This document shows, piece by piece, positions 1 through 12,740 of a DNA stretch of 64,000 nt (position 1 is its first letter; every line of letters starts with the position of its first letter). Made by a program: the position numbers and the translations under genes. The notes under the pieces are model-generated. The model ran no database searches and had not been told where the DNA came from. It worked only from the letters and a program-made list of their open reading frames with translations. This stretch comes from Epiperipatus broadwayi (taxonomy: Eukaryota > Animalia > Onychophora). Where the stretch lies: assembly GCA_028023455.1 (NCBI GenBank), contig JAQFVV010000003.1, positions 25,730,001 to 25,794,000 on the forward strand, in the 5' to 3' direction.

Positions 1-1166
1 CATAAAGTGCTATTGCAGTGAAATGATTCATGTTTTCTTAAGATAAACTATTTGCAATGGCAAGTACTTGGTGAACTCTGAAATGTTTTTAAATGTTGAA
101 TTAGTCTAATAATGAGCAGGAAATTCCATAGTTTCTTTTGCTTTCTAGATTTAATGAATTTTTAATAGAAATAGAAGAAACTATAATAAATTTTTAAAAA
201 TACATTAATGGATCTGACAATTTAAAAAGGGAAAGAAAGAAAATAGTTATTATTTTTATGAATGTTTCATAATAAGATATATAGAAATAATAAAACAGCT
301 TTGGAAACAGAAATGTATAGAAAATACACATTTGACAGATTGATGACAAACTAAAATTCTTATAGAAACTAAATCTAAAATTAATATTATAAATATCAGA
401 ATAATAAAAACAATATAATATAGGTATGTTCTTATGAAATAAATAAAAATTAATATTATAAAAAAATTAAATCGAATAGAGTAATTATCCTAAAAAAATT
501 AATATAAAAGTTATTTGAAGATATAAATAAATTAAAGGAGGAAAAAAATGTATTAAAAAGAACAAACAAAAAAAAAAAAAAACCAGAGATGAGGTAAAAA
601 AAAAAAAAGTTATATGGATTGTAAAGTAAATAAAAAATAATAATTAAGGTAATTTTTAAAAATGACGAGGTAATCTATAAAATAATAAACATAAATAATA
701 AACTCCAGATGTAGTTCATTAAAAGTTATAAAATGTAATAGCACAAAATAATTATTTTATTTCTGATATATATATATTTCCCACTGATTTCTTTTATCAA
801 CACTGAATACATAAAAATTTACTTCTTATCTATCATTCATAAAAACTAAAACTATCTGTAGTTAGCCAAAGATGGAATTAAAATTCTCTTTAGATTTTAT
901 CGACTTTTTTTTTTAGGTTTTAAAAAAACTTTGCAAATTGATACACAAACATTAAATTAAACAAAGTCTTTTGTACTATTAAAGGCATCACATAATTGTA
1001 AAAAATCAAATGTATTTGTAATTACAAGGGTACTTTTTAAAAAAATTCTTAATCTTAAAATTAATAATACAGTATTAATATTTTATCAGCTTTGGTTTTC
1101 AGATTTCCGCACCCATAACAAATGTGTTGAAATAAGCAAATAGTTTATACTTTGTGGCTAATTATG

Positions 1167-1586
1167 AATCAAAATATATAAAATGCGCTAACACGCACAA
1201 GCACACAAAGCTAAAAACAAATAAAGCAAATATATATTATTTTAATATCTATTCATTAAATGGCTAAGCGCTTTCAAGATTCAAGCCCTCATAATCATAG
1301 TCGTATTACAAAATATAATAAATTGACTTGGAGTGATGCAAATTTATAGAAAAGACTCTTGCTACAAAATATCCAAGAAATGGAATGCATAATTATTTCA
1401 TTTGCATAAATTTGCATCACTCCAAGTCAATTTATTATATTTTATAATACGGCTATGATTATGAGGGCTTGAACCTTGAAAGCGCTTAGCCATTTAATGA
1501 ATAGATATTAAAATAATATATATTTGCTTTATTTGTTTTTAGCTTTGTGTGCTTGTGCGTGTTAGCACATTTTATATATTTTGATT
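1167..1586. repeat. Foldback element: ~181-bp inverted arms (1167-1347 / 1406-1586) with 58-bp spacer
   Basis: Arms are reverse complements with about 5 substitutions; 15-bp direct repeat TAACAAATGTGTTGA at 1116-1130 and 1586-1600. Confidence 0.9.
1451..1491 (+). ncRNA. Degenerate minimal type I hammerhead-like motif (mirror copy on minus strand at 1262-1302)
   Basis: GGCU-AUGAUUA-U-GAGG-GCUUGAA-CCUU-GAAA-GCGC-UU-AGCC: stems I and II and a palindromic stem III loop are in register, but the core has C3>A and G8>U. Confidence 0.4.
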
Positions 1587-2009
1587 AACAAATGTGTTGA
1601 TGGAGTTCATCTTATATTTCTTTTTCATGCTTTTTTATCTCTTCTTTATCTAAGCAGTCATATTATTATAATTTACATAAAATGATTAAAACTATTTTAT
1701 TTGTCGTTCAAGCCAAATTATTAAATGTAATCTGATCAAGAGATTGCACTTTTTCCATACCACAAATAGTATTTTCAAGTATTCATCTGCTCACAATACC
1801 TTTTGCATGCCCCCCCCCCAACTTCCAACATTCCCATTACACAAAAAAATATATTAAAAAATCTAATTTTTGATATTAAAAATATACTTTTATATTCTAA
1901 ACTTTTATTTTTTTAATATTGCTCTGCTAAGTATTTGTTGAATCCTTGCTTTTCATGAATTCTATTTTCTTTTATATTTTCATCTTACATTAACTATATA
2001 TATATATTT

Positions 2010-2103
2010 TAACGATCGGGGATAAGGAGATTTCACGTAATCTGCACTACAGGGCGCCACTAGGCATTTGAACCTAGAAAATTTATATAGTAGGCAGGTA
2101 CGT
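2010..2103 (+). promoter_or_regulatory. CpG-retaining patch with strong splice donor (CAG|GTACGT, intron starting 2098); possible first exon or promoter
   Basis: Cluster of intact CpGs in a CpG-poor background; CTCF/E2F-like GCACTACAGGGCGCC at 2044-2058; consensus donor. Confidence 0.3.
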
Positions 2104-4904
2104 TAAGTTTAAAAAAAAAATTTATTTTAATTTATATATTTGGATTCCGATCGTTTGCCCAAGGTCACTAGCTCATAGAGTAGCAGAGATTTTAAACATT
2201 TATAAGTTTCAATAGATTTCTATTCTCTCGAAGTATATATTAAATATTTAGAACAATAAAATAAAAGAAGCCACTGCCAGTAATTAACACACAAATAGAT
2301 TTTTATTAATGCACATTTAAAATTGAGGAATAAATTTATTTTTAGATTTTAACATTAATATTTTTTTTAAAATTTAAATTACTATTTTAAATAGATCGTA
2401 CAGATGGATATTTAAATTATATTTTTACTTTAGCATGACGAGCATAGATAGTCTACATAGATTTTTTTTTCCACTTAAAACTTATCAAAACATTCATTCA
2501 ATCCCAGACTAAAAGTTCGTAGCCAACCCAATGTCAGCTTCCAGATATATATTTGCAACCAATGCAATATGAAGATGCTAGCATAAAACCACGCCGACAG
2601 GTATGGGCATCTGACGGCGTGATATTATTTGAAGGAAATGATCCGTGTCTAGATCAGGAAAGGGCATCTGTTAGACTAAGGAATCATGTATATAATTTTT
2701 TTTATTTTAAAGAGTGCTACGTATGGGGGAAAGCGGTCTTTCTGCCATCTTATAAATCCCTGTCCATAGAGCTAGAAGGGGTCAATGGCGCAGGAAATAC
2801 ATCTGCCACCATCTCAACGATATGACTGCCTCTTTGGGGTCATGCATTCAGTTGGGCACATTGCCCTGTATGCTAAACACGCTTCACATTACATTAATAT
2901 AAACACCCATATATCCTTCCACAAGCATTGCCCTAACTACGAAACAAATAGCCTGACACTAAAATCCTTTAAATTAAACATAAACGAATTTAAAGTTATT
3001 ACTCTTTATCCATGCAGCTATCTACACCCAACTTTAATTTAATACATTTTATGTAACAGATAGAAATAAATAACCTAGTTAAACACAAACATAAATAATT
3101 AAATAAAAAAAAATGGAAATGATTGAAATAGCAAACGTATATAAAACAAATATTTATAATTGATTTAGAGTTCTATTCTTGGTCAGATAAGAGTACATTC
3201 ATTTATATTACTTTTTTTTTTTGGATTGATTACTTATTGACGTTATATGGTAATTATTTAAAAGAAAGTTCAATTGGCAAAAGTTTATACTTTACAGATT
3301 CTGAGGTCCATCTTCGTGATCACTTATATAGATTGTTTGTTCTTCCTTTTTAAAAACGAAGCCGCTACTTTGCCATTCCTTTTTGGTCCCTAACTGTCAT
3401 AGGGAGGTCTCAGCTGATTGTCCGGAAAATTTAATTTTATTGCAGACTTCCACATCGTGAAAATCTGCAATATAGCTAGTTATAACGACATATTCATAGT
3501 CAGCTCTCCGATAACAATTATAATAATAATTTAGCTTTTATATTTTTATTAGTCTCTTATCATGAGATCTTGAGATTCAACGAGCAAGACGTCACTAATC
3601 CATTCGTGTTTCAGTTATGGTCCGTGCTGTCATTTTCGTGTTTGCATTGGTCATTTAATTCCTTTGTATTCTCTTATCTGACCATTTAATTTATTTTACA
3701 TGCCTCACGAGGTAGTTTGCTTTTGATCAATCATTTAATTAATAAGACAATCATTTCCATTTTCTAAGACTATAGAAATCAACATTATTTCTATTTTTAA
3801 AATATCAATCTTTATATCTTTACTTTTTACAAAAAAAAATTACTTTCAAATATTTTTATTTTTTAAAAGTTTTTAAAGTTGTCCATCATGCGATCTATAT
3901 ATACGTTAAACCGTTTTTAAATTACGTTTTTTTTTCTTTTTAATAAATCAATTTTTATTTATGGTCTTTTATTTTAATTTTAAAATAATGTGACGGGATA
4001 TTATATTCCGTTACAATATATATATTGTATTTGATTACATCTGCATTATTTTAATTTTTTCTTTCAGTTTAGTAATCTTTAATAGGGATCTTCCAGTTTT
4101 TAATGTTATCATTTATAAATATAAAATGTTTTTTTTCTCCATCATTTTTGTATTCTAATTTTCTCCATTCAATGGAAATTTTCCTTATTATATTTTCAAA
4201 CTATAATTTGATTTGGTAAAAGAAAACAGATGTCAATCCTATCTAATTTTCTTATCAAAACAATACTAGTATGTTTTATCATAATATATTTTTAACATAT
4301 ATCTTAGTTTGGTTTAAAGATCTCTTTATAAAAAAACAAAAAAATCTTTTTGGAACATTCTTTTTCCTAAGATCATAATAAAAATTTAATGTGATAACTT
4401 GTTGTAATAAATAAAGTATTGTAATAAATAAAGTATTTTTTATTGTCTCTTTGATATTAATCTGAGTTTGGCTTTTTGTATAGACAATAATGCAGAAATA
4501 ATAAGTTTTATTCCTTAATTATTGATTGAATTTATTGAAGAAGAAATTATTTTTTATTTAAAGACTTTTATATGATATTAAATTTTTTTACTATATTTGA
4601 GTTTGTATGTCATATATTGTACTATAGTTTCCTATGATCTATTAAAATTTCTCTGCTTTAAAAATTTAACCTGCAATGGATACAACATTGTTTTGCAATG
4701 TAATCAATATAAGTGGTATTTTATGCTACAATTATGGTCCCAAATATGATTTTTTAAAAAAAAATTATATGCATTACATTAAAAAAATATAACATTTGTA
4801 TAAAAAAATAAAAAAAGTATAACTATAAAATTACAAAAAATGGAGATATTTTATTTATATAATGTGATGTTTTTATATAAATTATAAATAATAACATAGC
4901 TTAA

Positions 4905-5075
4905 ACAATGGCACATGCGCTTTACAGATGGAACACTATATAAATTGAATACTCTCCTTTCCAAATACAGGATAAAGTCTTTTTAAAAGATAGAATGGAT
5001 CCACTCTAACTTTTTCACCCAAGCTATATATATATATGGGCCAATCTGAAGCATTTGGAACTAAGATCACATATG
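4905..5075. repeat. Diverged single copy of the TGGCCA-hairpin repeat family (relatives at 10.1-10.9, 12.7-13.2 and 57.5-58.1 kb)
   Basis: Shares GCACATGCGCTTT, GATAAAGTCTTT..AAAAGATAGA and ATGGGCCAATCT with 12766-12900. Confidence 0.7.
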
Positions 5076-5530
5076 CTGTTGTCTAAGCTACGTTATTATT
5101 TATAAAAAAATGAGATATAAATTGACTTAAAATACAACTGATTCCACTTTTAAGAGAGATCAGTTGAATGCTTTCTTTTAAAAAAAAATCAGAATCAGGC
5201 TTTTATAATGAAATAAATTTGATTTTCTTTTATTACAAGTATTATTTACAAAAAACAATTATATTAAAAAATGTAACATTTATAAGCACCAAAAATGGAG
5301 AAGTAAAATTGCCTATATTTAGACTAATGTGAGATTCTGCTAATACAAAATAAAAATCATAAATATTTACACTATACAAACAACATTCATGCTAATTAAT
5401 CTTTCTTACAAAATACAGTACACTTAACAATATACTGAGATCACCTGTTCAATTTTAAAAAAATTAAAAAATCGGTATATGAAAACTTCATGTGGTGTGA
5501 TATACTGCTTGTAGCCACTGAGAGTTAAGT

Positions 5531-6162
5531 TGGTAGTAATATGCCCATACATGGTGTTGGATGGCATTGTTGCTAGCCCAAACAGTTAAATACACCATCC
5601 ACGAGGCTGTAATGATGTTGACTAGAAGCATGTAGTTTCAAAAAATGGCAGGAAAAGAAATTAATGTAAAAAATTAAAACACTTAAGGCACTACGTTAAA
5701 AAAAATTCCTGACTTTCAATACCAAAAAAAAAAAAACAATTTTCAGCAATAATTAGAAAAATCAAAAATGCTATTTTCAAAAGCCCATGAAAATAGCATT
5801 AAATAGCATTTTTGATTTTTCTAATTATCACTGAAAATTGTTTTTTTTTTCATGTGTCATAGAGTTGGCTAGGAAGTGAACCCGCTAACATGGGACAACT
5901 GCTTGTAAGACAGCTGTACTGACCTCTTGATCACCAATGCTTGACAAAATTGTTTTTTTTTTAGTGTTGAAAGTCAGGATTTTTTTTTTAAATATAGTGC
6001 CTTAGGCATTTTACTTTTTTATGTTAATTTCTTTTCCTACCACTTTTTGAAACTACGTGCTTCTAGTCGATGTCATTATAGCTTTGTTAATGGTATATTT
6101 AACTGTTTGGGGCTAGCAACAGCATCATCCATTACCATGTTCCAGTGATAATACTAGTACCA
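5531..6162. repeat. Foldback (MITE-like) element, centre about 5765-5813, right arm interrupted by a SINE
   Basis: TTGCTAGCCCAAACAGTTAAATA and GACTAGAAGCATGTAGTTTCAAAAA are mirrored in 6040-6120; arms diverged. Confidence 0.85.
5851..5945 (-). mobile_element. Short tRNA-derived SINE, older copy, with 17-bp TSD
   Basis: Minus strand GCATTGGTGATCAAGAGG...GCGGGTTCACTTCC...CTATGACAC then A-run; TSD AAAATTG(T)10 at 5834-5850 and 5946-5962; homologous to 62066-62156. Confidence 0.8.
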
Positions 6163-6974
6163 AAATTTCTCTTACCATAACTTCAGAATCCTGATTTTAC
6201 ACCTTATTAAATTATAGGCTCAAACATTTTAAAAAGATTGATTCATAAGACAGTTTTAAGGTTTAAGGCTTTATTGAATGTATTTTTCTTGAATTATTCT
6301 CGGTATAAAATGCTGGTAAGAAAGGATAATGCATTTACAAATAGGCAGGTAAAAGTCATGAAAAAGAAACTAGTAGTATTAATTCTATATCCTCAATCGT
6401 TAGTGCAGGTAGAAATGAGGCACTTTTTAAAATTAGCATCTGCAGGAGCTACATAATTTCAGGTTTATTTGATTAGTGCAGTAATTAGATTTTATCTCAT
6501 CATAATGAGATTTTCAGCAATTGCATAGTTTTCCAACTTAGCTGTTTTGATAATCCACAAATTAGCTAACCAGCTTAATTTTATAATGCTGTTACATGAA
6601 GAAATTTGCTGGTTAAAATGATCCAAAGATCCTTCACATTGAGGTTATTGTTTTTTTTTAAAATGACATTTTTTTCTTTCTAAAATAGAACAACAAAAAA
6701 AATCTGGCATCTCTTCCCACTTTTCAAAAATGCTAATAAAAATTACCTACCCATAATCTGGAAACTTTTATTTATTATTACATATTAATTTAAACAAAAA
6801 ATCTCTTGCTGGTATAAATAAGAATAAAAAAAGTAAATAGCTCATGAATGTTACAAAGAAAAAAATAATTACGATCTGAGCATTTTTTATCTATATTATT
6901 TCTATTTTCGCATGGATGAAAAGCTTGTAAGGTCATACCAGTTTTATTTCTAAAAGATGTCTGAACCGGTGCAT

Positions 6975-7095
6975 TATATATATATTCAGAGCAATAAACA
7001 CTTTCATTGAGTTTAAAAATTTGCTTGGGTATTATTTCTAAAATAATTTAATGAGTAAATAGCTCATTTAGGTAGATCTAGTCCCTATAGCATCA
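6975..7095. repeat. Small repeat X; a second copy at 10930-10993 plus 11540-11605 is split by the HHR element
   Basis: ATATTCAGAGCAA..AGTTTAAAAATTTGCTT..GTATTATTTCTAAAATAATTT shared between the loci. Confidence 0.7.
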
Positions 7096-7181
7096 ATTGT
7101 TGCAGTCAATAATTCAAGAGCTGTATGCATAGTCAGTTAGCGGAGTCAATATTTACTATGGTCTAATTTGGATAAATAACA

Positions 7182-9530
7182 TGGCAATGCAGAACAATAT
7201 TATAATGCTGTTCAATGTAAATAATAAAGCACAGTGGCAAATATACATAGTTCATGTCAAAAGTTACTTTATTATAAACAACTTTGCAGACAATAAACTG
7301 AAGTTGTTATTTTTATTTGGATATTGAAAAAGGAGGTGCTTCAAGTAGCTAATTACCTGTGGGGTCCAAAAGTGCCCCAAAACATCCCCTATGATGAGTT
7401 AATATGGAAATTATTTTTATACTTCAAACTGACAACTTTAAAATATATAATTTGACTCTGGTTTCCGAAATAGAATGCAGTCACCTATGAAAAACATATG
7501 AAAGTATAATACAGTAATGCATCAACTAGCAAAAAAATGTTAGTCTAAAGGCAGACTGGAGGATTTGCATTAGACCCTTTTATGGCATATGTGAAATGGA
7601 AATCTTAAACAACTCTTATTAAATGATTCTGCAGTAAAATAAACTGCTGCTATAAAAAGAAGGATAGCATATGCAGCTGTTCAGGAAGATTCAGCAAAAT
7701 TTAAAAATACAGCATATGTTATTAAGGTGAAGATACAAATGACAAATAGTAAAGATGTCTACATTTGCTACTACTTTGTGGGAAAAGACACAAAGAAAAT
7801 GTATAAATTTATAAAAGATAATATAAAAATTAAGGATTGTTAGGTCATATGTCAAAAGTTTGCATGAACAAAAAAGAATGACTAATATGGATTTACAGGT
7901 CAATAGTAAATCGAGAAAAGTATTTAAGAGTTGAGCAAATATGAAAAAATTAATGGAAAGTGGAGATATGGGTAATGTATTAAATATCAACATGTGTGAC
8001 CAAATTATCAAAATGGAAGTTGATAGTGGAGCAGGCATATCCCTTATCACTAGCCATAAATAGAAACTGAAACAACAAAATTCAAATTAAAAAGACATGC
8101 TTGGTTGCTGTGGATATAAAAAGGAATCTTATTAATATAAAAGGAATGATGATTGTGCTTGTGAAAGTAAACAGAGAGACAAAAAATGTACCATTATATG
8201 TTGTAGCTAAAGATTTGTACTTATATTGGGATAGAACTGGTTCTGGCCTCTAGGAATAAGTATTAAATGTATCAAAATGGTCAAACTAAAATATAAAGTC
8301 CAGAACAGAGGGATTAAACAGTACAGTCATGACAAAATGGACTAAAAAGATTCCAGTTATCAATTAGTTGAGATTGGTCTATAAATGACCAAATAATATT
8401 GATCAACAAATCTGAAAGCCTTGTGAGAGTTTATCATTGTGTAAAAAATGCAATCTTATAAATGACTGAGTTTTGATACCAAATGAGAGAGGGAAATGTG
8501 TGTTAGAACAATACTTTATATGAAAGAATTGGCTTGATTATATGACTGAGCCAAATATAAATAAAGATATTGAGAAAGCCGTAAAAACAGCAAGCTTACT
8601 TGCAAAAAAGTTACAGCCATGTCCTGAAGCTACAAAACCATGGCAAAGAATTTATCTAGATCATGCAGGATCATTTCATGAAAATATATATATATATATA
8701 TATATGGTCATTGTTGATTCATATTCTAAATGGATGAATACAAAATGATCAAAATACAAACACTAAAAATATAATAAATTTTTAAATGACAACTTTGCAA
8801 CACATGAATATCCTGAACTAATAGTTGTGGATAATGGTGCAGGATTTTGTTTACTATGGTTGGATGATTTTCTATCTAAGAAGGGGATACAGTATTTGTT
8901 AACACCATCTTATCACCCTAAATCAAATGAATTAGAAAAAAAAGGCCTTTCAGCAACTAAAATGTGCATTGAATAAAATAGAACATGTTGATATTCATGA
9001 AATACTAATAACAGCAATGTTTTATCAACAGTTTGTGCATAGCAAACTCCAGCAGAATTATTGAAGAAACACCATTTTAAAACATGTTTCTTTATTAATA
9101 CTGAAAAAATCTACAGAAAAGGAGACAATGTCAGAAAATGTTAAATATAAAATAGGACAAATTATCTGAGTACAAGACATATTGAAAAAGAAATGGATAC
9201 TTGGAGTTATAATCAATGTACTATCTATGCAAATATGTGTAATTAAGCAGAAAATGGTAGGGAAGTAAGAAAGCATATTAATCAGTTAAAATTCTGTTTT
9301 AAGAGCTGTTAGACATAATTTTAAAAAAACTACAAGCTTAGATTCACAGGATTAATCTGCTGAATTAAATTGTGAACCACTGTGTGAAGGAGAAAGGTCT
9401 TTCTCTAAAAAAAAAAAAAGAATATAAAAGACTCTTCTCCAGAAAAGATAGGATAAATAGAAAACCTGCAAAATTGAAAACTATCTGTGATTGAATTTTA
9501 CTCTATTTCTAGGGTGAAGAAGAGGAATTG
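7182..9530 (+). mobile_element. Decayed Gypsy/Ty3 LTR retrotransposon internal region (gag, protease, integrase; RT/RNase H largely missing)
   Basis: Protease KMEVDSGAGISLI (DSG at 8022-8030); integrase PEATKPWQRIYLDHAGSF..MVIVDSYSKW (8542-8748) and IVVDNGAGF (8821); PBS-like TGGCAATG at 7182; purine tract near 9512-9528; many stops and frameshifts. Confidence 0.85.
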
Positions 9531-10092
9531 ACGTATTTGATTAAAAACTGAGTACTCCAAATGTGTATATAATAAAATAAAGTGCATGAATGTGAATGGA
9601 TAGATTTATACAAAGATAACTGAGAGTAAAATTGTACTTTAAAAAAATTATTATTCACAAAATTATGCAAATACAAATTAAACTTTCATGCTCATTTGCA
9701 TAGAACTCAATTATGTAAACTAGATTATAATAAATAACACTACTAATTTAAAATAGGCTAGTACAGTTCTATACATACAGTATAATGTGAGCAGTATGAT
9801 GATAAAAATTCAGAAATCCATAACAAATTAAATATGCAGAAGAGAGCATTATAGTGAAAACTAATGGAGCAGAGTTAACAGAGCAAATATAAATGTAGTG
9901 AAGTATAATGCAGAATTATAATCTAATATCATTAGGAACTGTGCATGTGTGGACTAATTCTGAAAATTATACAAGTAGTACAAATGACGGAGAATGAAAG
10001 AAAATTTCTCTATTTATAAATTTATTATGACAGACAACTAGCTAAGTCACTAATCGAAGCACTAATAGTTAGTATATATATATATATATATA

Positions 10093-10910
10093 TAAAGGAG
10101 AAAGGATTTTCCACCTTTAATACATGCACAGTACTGATCTTATAATAGCTCAACAATGTCATGTTGAGTACTCAAACCCAAACACAATAGAGACTTTTGA
10201 AAACATAAGAGTGGCCAACTTATCTTTAAACATACATTTTAATTATATAGTCCAATCTAAAGCATCTTCATTTGAGAGTGTGAAGATATTTCTTTATTAA
10301 TGTGAAAGTAAATAAAGAAATATCTTCACATTCTTAAACGATGATGCTTTAGATTTTCCTATATAATTAGAATGTAGGTTTAAAAATAAGATGGTCATTC
10401 TTATCTTTTCAAGTCTCTAACTTGTATTTAAGTTTGGAAATATCCTCAGTACTCAACATGACATCATTGAGGTATTATAAAATCCATACAGCATATATAT
10501 TAAAGGTGGAAATCCTTTCTCTTTAATAATATATGATCATTGCACTTAGAAAATAGATTTGATTATTACCTAGTTTCTAAGATTTTGTAATATTAAAACA
10601 TATTAAAATGAAAAATTTCATGAATGTTTATATGTGAAAGAAAAATAATGGATGTAAAAGTGAATAGAAAAACATCTTCACGCTCTCAAGCTAAGACACC
10701 AGATTGGTGTGTATAATTAGAATGTAGGTTTAAAGATAAGATGGCCACTCTTATCTTTTCAATAGTCTCTACCTTGTGTTTGAGAGAATATTCTCAGTAC
10801 TCAACATAACATTGTTGAACTATCATACAATTAGAACAGTTCATATATTAAAGGTGGAAATTCTTTCTCCTTAATTATACATGATCTCTGCACTTAGTAA
10901 ATAACATCAA
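10093..10910. repeat. TGGCCA-hairpin family: foldback 10093-10525 plus a third direct copy at about 10672-10910
   Basis: AAAGGAGAAAGGATTTTCCACCTTTAATA mirrored at 10497-10525; core AAAGATAAGATGGCCACTCTTATCTTTTC occurs three times. Confidence 0.85.
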
Positions 10911-10993
10911 ATATTATATATGTGTATGTGTATATAAATATTCAGAGCAACAAAGTTTTTCATTAAGTTTAAAAATTTGCTTATGTATTATTT

Positions 10994-11192
10994 AATATTT
11001 AAATATATGTATATTGTCTACATTAAACTTAATGTAATTATAAGGGACTTAAACTCGAACTTTCAAGCATCCTACTTCTATCCAATTTATCTTATACAAC
11101 TGACCACATACATGTAAAAAAGATAAATGATCTCTAATATATGTATTTCATGCTGAACCAGTACTCATCAGTTGGTCCAGATCACTATCTCC

Positions 11193-11265
<73 letters not shown>

Positions 11266-11539
11266 CCAGTGCTCAATTTATATTAAGATAGCAAATCTTT
11301 AAACTTTAATGGGCAAGCTTCAATTTTCTCTACTCTCTAACTCTTTTATAAAGCATTCCATTTCATTGAAAATCTGAGAATGGAATGCTCAAAGCCCTTG
11401 TTGATGCCAAATATTATTGTTATACTCATGCTGACTTTATGTCAATCTGACCACTCATTCATAGTACCTTATTATGTTCATTTAATTATATTGGTAAGGG
11501 AAGGACAGAATTCAGGCTGAATATATAATACTTATTACA
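10994..11539 (-). mobile_element. HHR/tRNA-module retrozyme (family 1): one full circularly permuted monomer with an internal (TA)n expansion
   Basis: Colinear with the 39.2-40.3 kb unit; 12-bp TSD TATGTATTATTT at 10982-10993 and 11540-11551. Confidence 0.8.
11127..11185 (-). ncRNA. Type I hammerhead ribozyme, family 1, core intact
   Basis: GUGAUCU-GGA-CCAA-CUGAUGA-GUACUG-GUU-CAGCAU-GAAA-U-ACAU-A-UA/UUAG-AGAUCAU; one mismatch each in stems I and II; predicted cut between 11138 and 11137. Confidence 0.8.
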
Positions 11540-11796
11540 TATGTATTATTTCTAAAATAATTTAGTGTACAGCTGGCTTATGTAGATGCTGGCCCTATAC
11601 ATATCGTAAACAAAATTAATTATGTTTCTTTAATTTTAAAAAAATTTATTGCTACATATATATATATTAAAAACAAAAAACAAGTTAACAACTTGGTAAC
11701 ACTTGTATTTATGTCAACAGATGGTGTTCTACCAAAAACACCGTCAAGCGTATGTTTGCATAAACGTCAGAGCATGCATTCACTATCTCTAACTTT

Positions 11797-11856
11797 AATT
11801 CCACTTTCAGATCATGATTTCAAGCTATTTGCTATCATCAGTGAAAGACAGGAATT
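11797..11856 (-). ncRNA. Type I hammerhead ribozyme, family 2, copy 1
   Basis: Reverse complement of the 12092-12151 motif; core and stems intact. Confidence 0.85.
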
Positions 11857-12091
11857 TTAGAAACTTGATCTAAACACAAACTCTGAGCTTTTATGAAACA
11901 GTTTCTATTCAGCTTGCAAGCGTGAATCTTTTAGACACGTAATGTCTTCAAACTCAACATAGCAAGCCAGATAGCTATATGGGTCTGATCACAGTTCAGC
12001 ATCACCACATAGTCTAAAAGATTCATGCTTGCAAGCTGAATAGAAACTGTTTCATAAATGCTCAGAGTTTGTGTTTAGATCTAGTTTCTAA

Positions 12092-12151
12092 AATTCCTGT
12101 CTTTCACTGATGATAGCAAATAGCTTGAAATCATGATCTGAAAGTGGAATT
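12092..12151 (+). ncRNA. Type I hammerhead ribozyme, family 2, copy 2
   Basis: AAUUCC-UGU-CUUUCA-CUGAUGA-U-AGC-AAAUA-GCU-U-GAAA-U-CAUG-A-UC/UGAAAG-U-GGAAUU: 6+6-bp stem I, canonical core, palindromic stem III; cut 12138/12139. Confidence 0.88.
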
Positions 12152-12483
12152 AAAGTTAGAGATAGTGAATGCATGCTCTGACATTTATGTAAACATACAC
12201 TTGATGGTGTTTTTGGTAGAACGCCATCTGTTGACATAAATACAAGCGTTAGCAAGTTTTTAACTTGTTTTTCATAAATGTACCTTTGAGGTCTTTCTAG
12301 CAATGATATATATTGCAGAGGCTTCTACTATGTGGTGATGCTGAACTGTGATCAGACCCATATAGCTATCTGGCTTGCTATGCTGAGTTTGAAGACATTA
12401 CGTGTCTAAAAGATTCACCCTTGCAAGCTGAATAGAAACTGTTTCATAAACGTTCAGAGTTTGTGTTTAGATCTAGTTTCTAA

Positions 12484-12543
12484 AATTCCTGTCTTTCACT
12501 GATGATAGAAAATAGCTTGAAATCATGATCTGAAAGTGGAATT
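12484..12543 (+). ncRNA. Type I hammerhead ribozyme, family 2, copy 3
   Basis: Same motif with one stem II change (AGC>AGA); cut 12530/12531. Confidence 0.82.
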
Positions 12544-12740
12544 AAAGTTAGAGATAGTGAATGCATGCTCTGATGTTTATGTAAACATACGCTTGATGGT
12601 GTTTTTGGTAGAACACCATCTGTTGACATATATATATATATATATATATATTAACATTTATTGTAAGTAATGTTTATAATAAACAAATCGAATTTGGAAT
12701 GATAATTCTATAAAATAAATACTTTTCTTAGAAGTGATAT

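Larger units (their letters stand above)
11676..12630. mobile_element. Retrozyme family 2: inverted copy (11676-12011, minus) followed by about 1.6 tandem direct copies (12012-12630, plus)
   Basis: 12329-12628 is the reverse complement of about 11712-12011; 12012-12272 mirrors 11676-11933; cut-to-cut period 392 nt; (TA)nTTAA on both flanks. Confidence 0.9.

Noticed and set aside
2625-2650. Minus-strand GGATCATTTC resembling U3 snoRNA box A
   Set aside because: No box A', B, C or D at the proper spacing.
3290-3530. Minus-strand frame of about 75 codons with one in-frame TGA (selenoprotein or readthrough idea)
   Set aside because: No start or splice support, no SECIS seen, no recognisable homology; such frames are expected by chance.
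10380-10455. Minus-strand CUGAGGA...GAAA plus long hairpin as a hammerhead
   Set aside because: No stem I pairing in type I or type III topology; sibling copies read CUGAGAA or lack the motif.
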